From NCBI RefSeq assembly GCF_009914755.1, contig NC_060947.1: 64,000 nucleotides of DNA, one strand, 5' to 3'. A program made the translations under genes and the position numbers. The DNA comes from the human T2T-CHM13v2.0 reference genome, Homo sapiens. The notes beneath the pieces were generated by a model that saw nothing but the letters and a program-made list of their open reading frames with translations, ran no database searches and was not told the origin of the DNA. How positions within the stretch are numbered: position 1 is the first letter of the stretch; every line of letters begins with the position of its first letter. Shown piece by piece: positions 48,600-61,630 of this stretch.

Positions 48600-50179
48600 G
48601 CAAAGGATTATCTTTAAGTTAAACATAGAAATAAGGATGTAAAATGGAATTTAGAATTCTGAAGTCTATCAACAAGGAAACTAGTGCTATGAAAAGCTAG
48701 GTAATTTGTCCACAAATACCCAGTGCTACCTGCGGACAGAGCTAGAAAAGTGCCCATATGGTCATTTACTTCACCACCAAAGTGAAATGCACCAAACCAA
48801 GGGGAAATGACTTCTCTGGGAGTTTAACAACTCTACTTTTTTTTCCCTCATTTAATTATAACATGGTCTGTTAACTTGCAACCCTCTATTTGATGTCTCT
48901 TCTTTTTTCAGTCTTTAGCAAATTCCACATCGTATTTGGCCAAATCAGACATAAAATTAACATCAATTCATTCTCAAGAGACAAAATAAAACTACGATTT
49001 TCTAATCGTAGTTACTTTTCTCCTAATCTTTTGCAAATGTCACCTTCTCTATGAAAATGCTATGTTCAAATGACCTGTGTAATATTTCATGGCTCTAATG
49101 CAATCACAAAATATATATTCGGTATCAAGATATATAAGATACATGTTAATAAGTCCCTCTAAAGTTGTCAAATTTACACTATCAGAATGAAAGATTCCTG
49201 AGGGCTAAATAAATTTTGTCTCTACCTTTCCTCCTCTTTTACAATGCCTGGTCTTGTTGTATAAACACGGTGTTTCAGTATCTTCTTGATGATAATGAGG
49301 TGGATTTGGCCAATCTAGCTATTTAAAAAGTCTGCTCTGTTCTTTTAACTTAGTTTTGTAGATGTATAACAAAACTAGTTATGGAAATTCTCTGAGATTT
49401 AGATAAATCATTTTTTCACATAAAATTGGTGCTACAGAAATAATATGTGGACTATAAGCTTTCACTATTATTGAACATTTGGCCATATCTATGAACTATT
49501 GAGACAGTTGAAAAAAAAGCCACAGCTGGAACTATATCGAGCTCAACTCTGCAACTTAATTGTGAAATAAATACAATAATAATAATTGTAACAGCAGGAC
49601 CTAAATCATGCTGGTGTAACTGCTGGGTTTGTCCTCAGATATTAACTCTAAAGGTTATATTCATTGTGGTGCCACCTGTTTGGAAAGAAGGGCACATCAG
49701 GATTTTGAGTACATATTTTAGAGTTTTCCTTTGGTACTGTACCATATAATATGGAACACTAAAATCACAATAAAATGTGTCTGCTTTGTGTGAAGGTAAG
49801 TAAGTGCCAAGCTTATTGTAAGGCATTTCAAATCTTGGACACAACGCCTTTTATATTTCAACTAATATACTGGGCTGTTGGGCTGTGCTCATTTTTATAA
49901 TTACAGTAGTTTCCTACATAAACAGTTTTAAATGGACCCACTGCAACATGCCAAGAAATAATTAGCTCCTATCATTTAATCTTATATATTTATATGTATC
50001 ATAGCATATGTTGGCACATAACATTCACTTACTAATTCAAGCATCATCAAGTAAGTCTAGATCAGAAATATATTTAGCAGTTCCACCTCTACATACTCTT
50101 TCAGACTGAGCTAATTAGCCACTAGTTACAGAGAAAAAGATAATACTTTCTAAAATATATATTTAGATATTTTCTAAAA

Positions 50180-50390
50180 TAACTTTACTTTGAAATGGTT
50201 TAAGACCACAAAACTTGCAAATATAGTACAGAGACTTCTCACGCACCTTTTACCCAGCTTCTCCCAATGATAGCATTTTAAATACCCATAGTACATTATC
50301 ATCAAAGCTAGGAAACTGACATTGGCACAATACTATTAACTCAAATACAGACCTCATTTATATTTCACCAGTTCTTACATACATCCTTCT
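50180..50390 (-). mobile_element. L1MC4/5-like 3' end
   Basis: TTTACCCAGCTTCTCCCAATG...GGAAACTGACATTGGCACAATACTATTAAC. Confidence 0.65.
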
Positions 50391-50913
50391 AAATAAATAT
50401 TTATTTTAATCTGGCTTAAATCCTAAGTCTTATGGTAGGCAAGTATGTTTTATAGCGGTTTTAATATCATTCAAAATTTTCTAAATAATGTTCAGTGTAG
50501 TAAAATTATAAGAATGATATTCTGATCACTTAATTCAAAACTCTTTGCTTTCTGCTATGGGACTGTTGCCACAGAAAATTTCAAAAATTACTTTTTTTTT
50601 TTTTTAAAGACAGAAAGCATCTTGAATGAGAGGGCCTGACTTTGTATCCCTGTTAATATGTACGTTCTCAATTACTCCATAGAAACCATATATGAAAAGT
50701 TTAGTTCTGCTTCTTTGCTCCCAAGTCTCATTTCTTACTAGCATTTTTCTTAACATCTGGTTCAATGTTCACAGCAGATCAGCTTTCAAATACTTTTTTT
50801 TAAAACCCAGAAATTAGTCAATTTTACATTTACAATTATAGGTCCTTTAGGATATTCTAACAAGTAAAAATCCTAAAGGCAAAATGTATGTTTTCAAGTA
50901 AAAATATATGAGG

Positions 50914-51171
50914 TTGTTTTTTTTTGACAGAGTCTCACTCTGTCACCCAGGCTGGAGTGCAGTGGTGCAATCTTGGCTCACTGCAAGCTCTGCCTCCTGA
51001 GTAGTGGGACTACAGGCGCCCACCACCACGCCCGGCTAATTTTTTGTGTTTTTAGTAGAGACAGGGTTTCACCGTGTTAGCCAGGATGGTGTCGATCTCC
51101 TGACCTCGTGATCCGCCCGCCTCGGCCTCCCAAAGTGCTGGGATTACAGGCGTGAGCCACCGCGCCCGGCC
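50914..51171 (-). mobile_element. AluY with an internal right-arm deletion
   Basis: Y diagnostics present; GCAAGCTCTGCCTCC joins directly to TGAGTAG. Confidence 0.9.
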
Positions 51172-52364
51172 GATGAGTTATTATATATAGTGCTTCATAT
51201 TATCCATCACTGTTCCTATGCTAGAAGTCACTCACAAAAGCTAAAGAGTTGGCATAGCTATTTAGCAAATATAAACAAATATCTGCTTCCTAAATATTTT
51301 AAAGGGTTAGTCATTATTAATTTTTACAAAATGTATTGCAATCACATTAATCGCAACCATATAATATCTTTGTAATGTGGATATAAGTTATTCAATAGGC
51401 ATTCGTTGTGATATTACTTTAATTAATACTTGTTTTTTGTAAAGTATTACCCGCCTTTTGATGGCATGTCCTTAATGACTACCCCTCTTTTGGTGAGTGC
51501 CAGATCACTATTAATTCCTTTTGTATTCATTATAACAACATCAATCAGGGAAAGCTCATTTGCTATTAATGTGAATATAACAGGTAATTCCATTCTAATC
51601 TAGTAGTGATTAATGTTCACTTGGTAGTAATTACAATATCACATTTCAGAGTGTTAGCACTGGACAATACTTATTTTGTGTGGCCTTTTAAAGAACCACA
51701 GCAGCTTGTCTGGACTTAGAATTGAAAAGGTTAAAGAAAGGCAATTAATCTAAGGACAAAGAGAAAGGATTCTTATGTGGCTGGGAAAGGTGAATAATGG
51801 TTAAGTGAAGGGTTTACAAAATTTGTTACTATTTTTTGGTCAATCAGTATGCTTCATATGTACCCAGTAATATCACTACTTGACTTGTAAAACAAAGAAA
51901 ACTGAAATCGACATGTTTAAAAAGCCACTGTTTTAGCTCCATGATGCCAATGAATTTTCAAACTACATGGATTCCCTGTCCTAAATGACAGATTACTATC
52001 AATGTGAGAGTTACAACTTATCTTTAAAAGAAGGGGCCCTTTTGATGTTATCATTTTATTTGTAAATTAGTAAAAATTAAATGTTCTACCTAATTTTGAA
52101 CCAAAATTGCCTTTATATTGAAAAAAATCACCTAAAACACATCGATGATATATATTAATATTATAGCTTTATTCTATTTTAGGTAAACTATACAAACTTC
52201 CATTAACATCAACCAGAGAGACTCCCACACATATTGACACAATATGTTATGTTAGATCAGAGCAGTGCTAGTCATTGAGTTTTAAAATCCTGGAAATATT
52301 AAACTTACTGGAGAACATTATAGGTTATCTGTAGGCATCAGAGATTTATAGGCTATATGGGGTG

Positions 52365-52550
52365 GAAAATGCATGTGAACCTCAAAACAACCTTGAAGTA
52401 TAGGCAAGACAGGTGTCATTAATCTTATTTCACAGATGCGGAGATTGATGCTGAGAGAAGTTAAGAGACTTGCCCTAAATCCCACTACAGAGCATTTACT
52501 GGAACCCAGGGCTTTTAACTTATTTTCTTGGTCTTTCCACTGCAGCCCAT
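52365..52550 (-). mobile_element. MIR SINE
   Basis: ATTTCACAGATGCGGAGATTGATGCTGAGAGAAGTTAAGAGACTTGCCC. Confidence 0.7.
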
Positions 52551-53906
52551 GCCATCCTGCCTCCACTCACTTGTGACAGCCTGTAGAGAACAGATGTAAG
52601 AAAAATTGCCAAGAGTTTAGGAGTATCCAAATAACAAAAACTATCAGACTATTAGGGTGGCCAGGGGAGAAAGAGAAGAGAGGAAATCAGGAAGGCTGGG
52701 ATTTTTCAAACCATTTGGGCACACCCCAGGTTTATTCCTGACATATTGAATACCAAGTCTGTAAGTCACAGAATTCAAATTACAAAGACCATCAGAAAGC
52801 AAGATTTTTGATGCGCTACCAGAGCCACTTAGACTAATTCAGAAACTAAGATGAGGCTGGCCTATAAATGAAGCTTATTGGTAGATACAACTGGTACTCC
52901 AGGGCAGCAAAGGGAAGATAAATAAATCTGTGCAATGCGTCACCTTGGAAAAGTCAATTGCTATTTATTTAACTTCATTTCAACCAACAATTATTATTAA
53001 CAACAACCACGTATCTTGTTGAAAATTATGAATAGAATGATTAACAGGACAAAATCATTGCCTTCAATAAGTTCACAGCTGATAAAGGCTCTAAAACAGG
53101 GCTTTCCAATGGGTATGCTAAGGCACATGCCCTGATTGGGTTATAGGTACTTCAGATATCGATCCCTCTCAGCCCTGGGATGGTTAGGCAGCTTAGAGTC
53201 TTCGGCCAGCTTACCTGATATCATGATGAACACATCAACTTAATCTGTTCATCATGATATCAAAAAGACTGAGGAACACTGCAGAGAAGTTTGGGCTTTC
53301 TTACAGAACAGACTGACTGTATAGCTTAGCTGAGGGAGATCTGGAGACCAGAAGATGTTTCCAAGAAGTGTGATAAATCTCAGCTTAAGCCAGAAGACAG
53401 GTGAGAGTCTTTGTGAACATTTCAGCCAGTTTAATGAGCAATCCAACAACATTAAGACATGTCAAGATTAGCAAGCTTCAGATTGTGTGATAAAAGTGCA
53501 AAGAGTTCGCTAGAGCCATACTGAATAATTTGTCTTTCTCTTCTACCTTTGTCTGCCAACAATTCTACCCATTGGCCAAATGCTTCTTTCTCTAATAAAT
53601 TCTTGTTCTTGCACAATCACTTGCTCCTTTGAACCACCTAAATCGCTGTTTCCCAAAATGTGGTTTGCTGAACAGTAGTGGTAGGGAGCCAATTTACCAT
53701 GTTACACAGATAAACAGCTTATAGTTTAAATTTTAATATTCATTTAGTTTTATCTGTATTAAGGAAAAAAACACTGCAACATCAGACTACAGTTTTGTGG
53801 GAATTATCACTTAAGGCTAAAAGCAGAAAACAAAATGAGCTGATTTTAAGAAAAACATTAAGTAAATAATAGTATATGTGTTATTCAAAAGATTGAACAA
53901 TGGAGC

Positions 53907-54395
53907 GTATATTTGTTTCCTATTGCTTCTGTGACAATTTTCCATAAACTTACTGGCCTAAAACAACACAAATTGATTATCTTATAGTTTTGGAAGTCAG
54001 AAGTTTGAAATGGGTTTCATGGATTAAAATGAAAGTGTTGGCAGGGCTATACTCCTTCTGAAGAAGCTTAGAGGACAATCTATTTCCCTGCCTTTTCCAG
54101 CATTAGATGCTACCAACATTGTTTGGCTAATGGCCCCTTTCTCTATCTTCAAAGCCAGCAGGGGCTATCTTCATCTCTCTGACTCCCACTCTCCTGCTTC
54201 CATTTTCACTTATATGAACCCTGTGGTTAGATTAGGCCCATCTGAATAGTCCATAAAATCTCCCCATCTCAAAGTCACCTGCTTAGCAACCTTAATTCCG
54301 TCTGGAATATTAATTCCCTACTGCCAGGGAGCACAGCATATTCACAGGTTCTGGGGATTAACATCTTCGAGGGGCCCATGATTCTGCCTACCACA
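53907..54395 (-). mobile_element. MLT1D-like MaLR solo LTR
   Basis: GTTTCCTATTGCT...AAAACAACACAAATT...ATTCACAGGTTCTGGGGATTA...ATTCTGCCTACCACA. Confidence 0.8.
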
Positions 54396-56194
54396 GGGGG
54401 AAATAAAACTTGCTTTAGCCAATCGGATATTGCAGGCTTAATGGAAGCAGGGGCTCAACAAATTGTTTACATGTTTGCACTTCCACTCTTCACCTCAGCC
54501 TTCACAAAAAGGACTTGCTCGGGCTGGTTAGCCTGCTGGAGGGATGTTCAAGATGTGAGCGATAGAGCTGTGTTGACCCAGCCACTTTCAGACACTTAAG
54601 CTCTCAGCTACCCTCCAGATTCCCAAGGGAGCCCAGTCAGAGCAGATAAACTACCCAATGTAAACCATCAGCCCACAAATTAGTGAACTCAAGAAGTACC
54701 TACTGTTTTAAGCTACTGAGTTTTGAGGCGGTTTGGTAATGGACTGATATACTATTATATATAACTGATACAGACATAAAATGATACTTTTGCCAGGTAA
54801 ACTATTAAAACAAAACAAGATTTACCATCCACTGTTACCATCATATTGTTAAGGAAGGGGTATTTCAACCACAAGAAATAATCAGAAAGACATAGTCTCA
54901 GCCTAAATGGTAGGCTGTCCTAAGAAAGGAGGATGACAAGCTACAAGCTTAAATAATTTCTCTTTCTCTCTCTCTCTCTTTCTGTCCTTATAGTTCTCAT
55001 TTCTCTGCTTATTGAGGAAATCTTCTTCACAGATCATCTGCATTTGAGAACCTCTGCCACACACGACTTAATGTAATGCTTTGCACATTGTAAACCCTCA
55101 AGAATGTTGTTAAATGAGTAATCACAATGTGAATTAAGTCATTCACAATGGAATGCTGCTAATTCTGGAACTGAGTAATGTGGTCATTGCAGTATACTAA
55201 GCTGCGTGAAAACTTCTAGAAAAAAATTATAGAGAAAAGTTGCCTTCTCCTTTATTTTAGCAATACTATTGCAGCATATAAAATCAAGCTGGGACTTTAT
55301 GGGAAGCTGCGCCTTGCTAATTTAAAAGGACACACTGACTACATGCTGATTGGCTTGGGGGGAAGGATTGCTTACCATGTTGTTTTGTTTCTATTTTAAT
55401 TTTCACCTGCCTGTCTGCGAATTTTCCTTACCATGGTAATGGATTTAAATTAATCAATAAGGTGTTATGAAGATTTAATGTCAAATACACTTTAAAAACC
55501 TAGTTTGAAAACTTCCAGGTCTATTTAGCACATGTCGTAGTGTGGCTTAACCCATGGTGCATTAACAAAATAAAGGTCAAAGTTAAATTTTAGAAAAAGG
55601 GGAACAATATTCCTCACAAGACATTCCAGTGGGATAAAAAACACAGGTTTTTTTCTATATTGACAAACCTAGATTCTTAATTATAATAACTCTTCCTAAT
55701 GGTCTATATCTAATCAGGTACAGTGGAATATTAATAAACATGTTTTATATTCTCTGGTTATATTGTTAATGGATACTTCAATGCACTGAATTAGAAGGCA
55801 CTACAGTGCATATTGTTTTATCAAGGGCAAGTTTATTTTGCTTCATCTATGTAAAAACACATTATTTTTTGAAAAGATAACTTATTATTTAAGGGTAAGA
55901 GTATTAGAATATTAAAAATTGATCACAGAAAGAGGGATGGATAGATGAATATGTAATAAATCAAGTATAGTAAAATTTCAATGGCAAAGTATAGGTGCTG
56001 GGTATACAGATGTTGACCGTAAATTTCTTTCGACTTTGCTGTATGATTAGCCATTTTAATATTAAAACATCGACAACAATAATCCTAAATTGTAAGCACT
56101 GTATCTTTACATACTTGTATACCAGTGCCACCATTTTGTAGCTAATTCCTTTTCTGTAAATGTGATTATTAAACCTTTAACACTGAAATATCTG

Positions 56195-56280
56195 GCACAT
56201 GTATACATATGTAACTAACCTGCACATTGTGCACATGTACCCTAAAACTTAAAGTATAATAATAATAAAATAAAATAAAA
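56195..56280 (+). mobile_element. Very short L1PA (PA3-like) 3' terminus
   Basis: GCACATGTATACATATGTAACTAACCTGCACATTGTGCACATGTACCCTAAAACTTAAAGTATAAT plus tail; TSD core TGAAATATCTG at 56184-56194 and 56283-56293. Confidence 0.88.
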
Positions 56281-56499
56281 ATTGAAATATCTGAAACAAA
56301 GTTTTAGGGGGCGTGTTCATCCTGTACAACTTACTGAGAGATTTGTAATGCCCTATGGACCAGAGGTCTAGTCTGAAGTTTGAGGTTATTTTTAAAGAAA
56401 GAATAAGAATTCGTTGAGGATGGGAAGTTGGGTAGAAGGTCTTTGCGGCAGATGGAAGTATTGGGACGTAAGGTGGATAATATCCAGGCAGCCTTAAAT

Positions 56500-57755
56500 T
56501 TTCTGCCACATATATCACTCAAGGAGAGTGGAAGAAATGGGGCCTTGGAGAGATTATGTCATGTGTGACCTTGCATGCTACACCAAGGAGGTGGGAATTT
56601 ATCTTAAAGGTATTGAAGAATTTCAAACATGAGTATGGGGGTGACGGCATCAGCCTTCATGTCAGAAGATAACTCTGGCTGAGGAAGTGATGCTAGATGC
56701 AGAAAGACCAGTGAACAAGTTACCGGAGTTTTCTAGGATACGAATAGTAATAGCATCATCATCAGCAGTTATAGTGACTATTCTTTATTAATTGCATTTT
56801 ATGTACCTTACTCTCTGTATGGTAATCTCATTTAAGCCCTTTAGTCACCCTAAGAAACAGAAAACTTTATGAGGAAACTGAGGCTAGAAGAGATTTAAAA
56901 ATTTGCCAACGGTGACAAGATTCGAATCAGGTATGCTTGACTTCACAGTGATAAGGGCCTGAAACCATAGAGAATCATAGAGAAAAATCTGCTTTAAGAC
57001 AGACTTAGGAGGTAAAATTTGCAGTCTTTTGTGTCAGTGTAGACATATGCATAAAAGAGAGAAGTCTCACCAGAATCAGAAGTTTCTAGCTTAAATAATT
57101 GGGTAGATGGTGGTGCCATCTTCTGAAATAGAGAATAGAGGCAGTAGGGGATTTCAGTTTGGGACATGCTAATGTTAAAATGTCTGTGGCCATGAGTAAG
57201 ACTCAAAATATTTGACAACTGCTTTAGCAAAAGCCCAACCAAATAGAGAAAACACTACTCAGTACACCCTACCTGTGCTTATCAGCAGGTACCAGTCCTG
57301 TGGTCTAAATATAGAAGTTCACTGGGGAGTTGCAGATGTCAATGTAGAATGGCCAAGAGGGGTACATAGGCAGCATATGCTTTGAGAGTCATCTGCTTAT
57401 AGATACTAATTAGAGCCGTGGATGAAGATGAGATCACAGAAGAGATGTGGCATGGAAAGTGAAGAAGTGCTGAGGGTAGGATCTGGGGAGCAGCCATACT
57501 TATTATGGAAGAGGCTGAGGATGAATCATCAGGAAAGAGACTCAAATGTCCTATGGAGACAGGTCAGGTGAAAACCTGGGGAAGAGGGTGTTAGAGAACT
57601 AAAGGAGAAAATTACAAGGAGAAGCTGAGTCAGGCAATTTGGCAGGGGGTAGGCTATTGATTTTCTTAGTGAGAGCAGTTTGCCTGGCACGGTAGGAGTA
57701 ATAGCCAGATAAATGGACTGAAAAGTGAGCTGTGGGTAAAGAAGGTGAGCTAGGC
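56500..57755 (-). mobile_element. Degraded L2 with an internal MIR (~56770-56950)
   Basis: Purine-rich antisense L2 motifs (GGGTAGATGGTGGTGCCAT, TTCAGTTTGGGACATGCT). Confidence 0.6.
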
Positions 57756-57772
57756 AGCTCTGCTACATTTTC

Positions 57773-58836
57773 TTTTCTTTTTTTAAAGTTCTATGATTAA
57801 TTTTTATTTTAAGTTCCGTGGTACATGTGCAGGATGTGCAGGTTTGTTACATAGGTAAACATGTGCCATGGTGGTTTGCTGCACCTATTAACCCATCACC
57901 TAGAGATATATATATATATATTTTATTATTATACTTTAAGTTTTAGGGTCCATATGCACAACGTGAAGGTTAGTTACATATGTATACATGTGCCATGTTG
58001 GTGTGCTGCACCCAGTAACTCGTCAGTTAACATTAGGTGTATCTCCAAATGCTATCCCTCCCCCCTCCCCCGACCCCACAACAGGCCCTGGTGTGTGATG
58101 TTCCCCTTCCTGTGTCCATGTGTTCTCATTGTTCAATTCCCACCTGTGAGTGAGAACATGTGGTGTTTGGTTTTTTGTCCTTGCCATAGTTTGCTGAGAA
58201 TGATGGTTTCCAGCTTCATCCATGTCCCTACAAAGGACATGAACTCATCCTTTTTTATGGCTGCATAGTATTCCATGGTGTATATGTGCCACATTTTCTC
58301 AATCCAGTCTATCATTGTTGGACATTTGGGTTGGTTCCAAGTCTTTGCTATTGCCCATCACCTAGATATTAAGCCCAGCATGCATTAGCTATTTTTCCCA
58401 ATGCTCTCCCTCCCCTCGCCCCACCCCCCGACAGGCCTCAGTGTGTGTTGTTCCCCTCCATGAGTCCATGTGTTCTCATTGTTCAGCTCCCACTTTTAAG
58501 TGAGAACATGTGATATTTGCTTTTCTGTTCCTGTGTTAGTTTGCTGAGGATAATGGCTTCCAGCTCCTCAAAGATCTAGAACCAGAAATACCATTTGACC
58601 CAGCAATCCCATTATTGGTTATATACCCAAAGGAATATAAACCATTCTATTTTAAAGATACATGCACACGTATGTTCACTGCAGCACTATTCACAATAGC
58701 AAAGACATGGAATCAACCCAAATGCCCATCAGTGATAGACTGGATAAAGAAAATGTGGTACATATACACTGTGGAATACTCTGCAGCCATAAAAAGGAAT
58801 GAGATCATGTCCTTTGCAGGAACACATATGGAGCTG
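57773..58836 (-). mobile_element. L1PA8-11-like 3' element with 5' inversion (58567-58836 on plus), host of a nested L1
   Basis: 3'UTR ATTAAGCCCAGCATGCATTAGCTATT; strand switch at 58566/58567; TSD at 57756-57772 and 58832-58848 (15/17). Confidence 0.85.
57905..58353 (-). mobile_element. L1PA4-like 3' end nested in the older L1
   Basis: Young L1 3'UTR; TSD CCCATCACCTAGA at 57892-57904 and 58354-58366. Confidence 0.88.
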
Positions 58837-59196
58837 TGCTACAGTTTCACAAAGTTTGGCCATCAGAAGAGGGAGAGAATTGACACTAGGTACAGGTGGA
58901 GGGGTGAAGGAGCAGCACCGGTAAGCTTGGACAATTGTTTGTTTGTTAAAATGAAGGGTACCAGAGTGGTAAGCTGACAGCAAAGGATCAGTAGGAAGGT
59001 GACTTAAAAAGTATAGAAGGAGGAGATTCTTGACAGAACAAGGCTCAGAGGAGACGGAATTTAGAACAGGGTGTTAGCCTCATACTCTTGCACCTTCCAT
59101 ATCCTATAGTCACACAATAGCCAGAATAAGTTTTTTTTTAAAGGAAAATAAGTCACAAATTTATTGGCTATTTTCCCAACTAGAATGCAAACTCCA

Positions 59197-59502
59197 ATGA
59201 GGCGCGGTGGCTCACACCTGTAATCCCAGCACTTTGGGAGGCTGAGGTGGGCAGATCACTTGAGCCTAGGAGATTGAGACCAGCCTAGGCAACTGGTGAA
59301 ACCCCATCTCTGCAAAAAAATACAAAAAATTAGCTGGACATGGTGGCACTTGCCTGTAGTCTCTGCTACTTGGGAGGCTGAGGTTGGGGGGATCACCCGA
59401 GCCCAGGAGGTGGAGGTTGCAGTGAGCTGTGATCATACCATTGCACTCCAGCCTAGGCAACAGAGTGAGACCCTGTCTCAAAAAAAAAAAAAAAAAAAAA
59501 AA
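59197..59502 (+). mobile_element. AluJ inserted in an L2 3' end
   Basis: Dimer with GGATCACCCGAGCCCAGG and GAGCTGTGATC; long A tail. Confidence 0.88.
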
Positions 59503-59896
59503 GAATGTAAACATATAAACTCCAGAGGGTGGGACCACTGTTAGCTGCGAGGGACCCGACTTGCCGAACCAGTCTAAGATATTTCTAGTTACTCCTTTTC
59601 TCTTTTTTCGCCCTGTGAACAATTTAATATTTGGCTTCTTCCTTTTTTTTTTTTTTTTAAATTTCTTCCTCCCTACTCATTCCCACTCCCAAACCAACCA
59701 CAAAGCTAACCTCAGCTTTTTTTCCAAATTATCCCTTTTGCTTGCTATGAACACAAGTTTGAACCTCAGCTCTGTTGGTGATAATTTTGCCCATAAGAAG
59801 CTTCTGGCAAAAATAAAACAAAATAAGTCTTTAGGCCTCATTCTTTAGGAGGTTTTGCTGGCCTAAATTGTTTTTGCTTTTTAATGGTATTTTAAT

Positions 59897-60285
59897 TAGT
59901 GTTTCACCAAGTGTGGTTCTCAATCAGCAACAATAGTATCCCCTGGGAATTTGATAGAAATGCAAATTATCAGGCCCCTCTCATAACTAAATGATTACAC
60001 TTTGTGGAGTCTCTTCATCTAAATGTCTTCAGTGGCAAAAGCCAATGAAGAAAATCTCTGTATATAGTTTTTTTTTTGGTTTGTTTGTTTTTGTTTGTTT
60101 GTTTTTTAATGGTTCTCAGGGTTTGGTCTCTAGACCAATGCCATCAAAATCAACTGGAAATTTGTGAGCAATGTGAATTCTCAGGTCCTACCCTATCTGT
60201 AACTGAATGTAAAACTCTAGGCATGGGACCATTCAATCTGTATTTCTACAAGTCCTCTAGTAGCTTTGATGCATGTTCAAGTCGG
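59897..60285. mobile_element. Two degraded MER5A copies (~59897-60008 and ~60108-60285)
   Basis: GATAGAAATGCAAATTATCAGGCCCC; AATGTGAATTCTCAGGTCCTACCC. Confidence 0.6.
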
Positions 60286-61361
60286 CCCTAAAGTGTTGGA
60301 TTTATAACCTATAACTGTTTCTTTCTAGAAAACAACTATGTCGGGGGAAAAATAAAAAGAAAGTTTTCTATTAATTAAAAACGTAGAATTCAAGAGCTAA
60401 AGGAATCTCAGGACAATGATTAGCAAAGATAAATATACAAAGGAATATAAAGTAAAAATGCAACTGAAAATGGCTGAAGAGAACGTGGACTAACACATAA
60501 TGTTTGAAACAGAGTATACTATTTAAAAGCTACATATGTGCTAAATCTCAGAATTCTTCTTTCCATGTGCTAGTTTGAGAGGCAATTTATTTCTGGCACA
60601 ACTGCCATATGCATTTATACTAATGTGAAAGACTTCTTGTAATGAGAAGGTAATACACTGCATTTAGTAAACTAGTTTTCAATGTGAGAAAAATGCCTAC
60701 ATGAAAATGTTGCCCTTTAAAAAGCTTCCCTTGACTATTCCTGTTTATATTCTTGATAGCAGAATAGCTTTGGGAAATGTTCTGAATAGAATCCAAAGCT
60801 ACTCTAAAGATAGGCTGACAAGGTTGTCACCATACAGTTCCTATGTACCATGAATCTTAGAATCAAGAACGTTTGAATCAAGACATTTCTCAGAGCCAAT
60901 CTGAGATATGTGTATATTTATATGTATCTATTTGAGACAACTCTCAGGGAACAAGACATCAAAAACAAATTGATCAAAAGGTTATACGCTCAAATGAATG
61001 TTGCATTTTAACGCAGTGAGTAATGGTACAATTTAGGAACTAAACTCTTTTTGAAACTGCCTTTCAAGACAGTTTGCAATTACAAAAGAAATGTTCATGG
61101 GTATCTACTTTTTTTATTTGAAAAATTGATTGCATCTAGGTTTACCATTCATGCATTTTGTTCAACATAAAAATATTTTAGACTGACAAAAAATAAATTC
61201 TACTTTCAAAATATAAAAATTTGATACCTTTAAAGATGTTAAAAAAGAAAAAGACACAGAATAGTAACAACAACGTAGGAATAATTGTATAGGCTCCTAA
61301 GGTGACCATTAAGAATTCTAACTTACAGGTATTAAGTTTTTTATTTAAAAAAATCAGTTGT

Positions 61362-61630
61362 TCGAAGGAAACACAATTTCAATTAGACAGGAGGAGTATG
61401 TTCAAGAGACCTATTGTACAACATGGATACTATAGTTAACAGCAATGTATTATATACTTGATACTTGCTAAGAGTATACTCTAAGTGTTCTCACCACAAA
61501 TAAAGTGTATGTGAGGTAATGCATACGATAATTGGCTTGATTTAGCCATTCCACAATGTATGGGTATATCAAAACATCATGTTGTACACCATGAATATAT
61601 ACAACCTTTATCAATTTAAACAAGATAATT
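61362..61630 (+). mobile_element. L1MA8-like 3' end
   Basis: ATTAGACAGGAGGAGTATGTTCAAGAGACCTATTGTACAACATGG; exact TSD AAAAATCAGTTGT at 61349-61361 and 61631-61643. Confidence 0.82.

Noticed and set aside
53095-53900. Possible ancient hAT-Charlie fragments
   Set aside because: Similarity too weak to assign a family or boundaries by eye.
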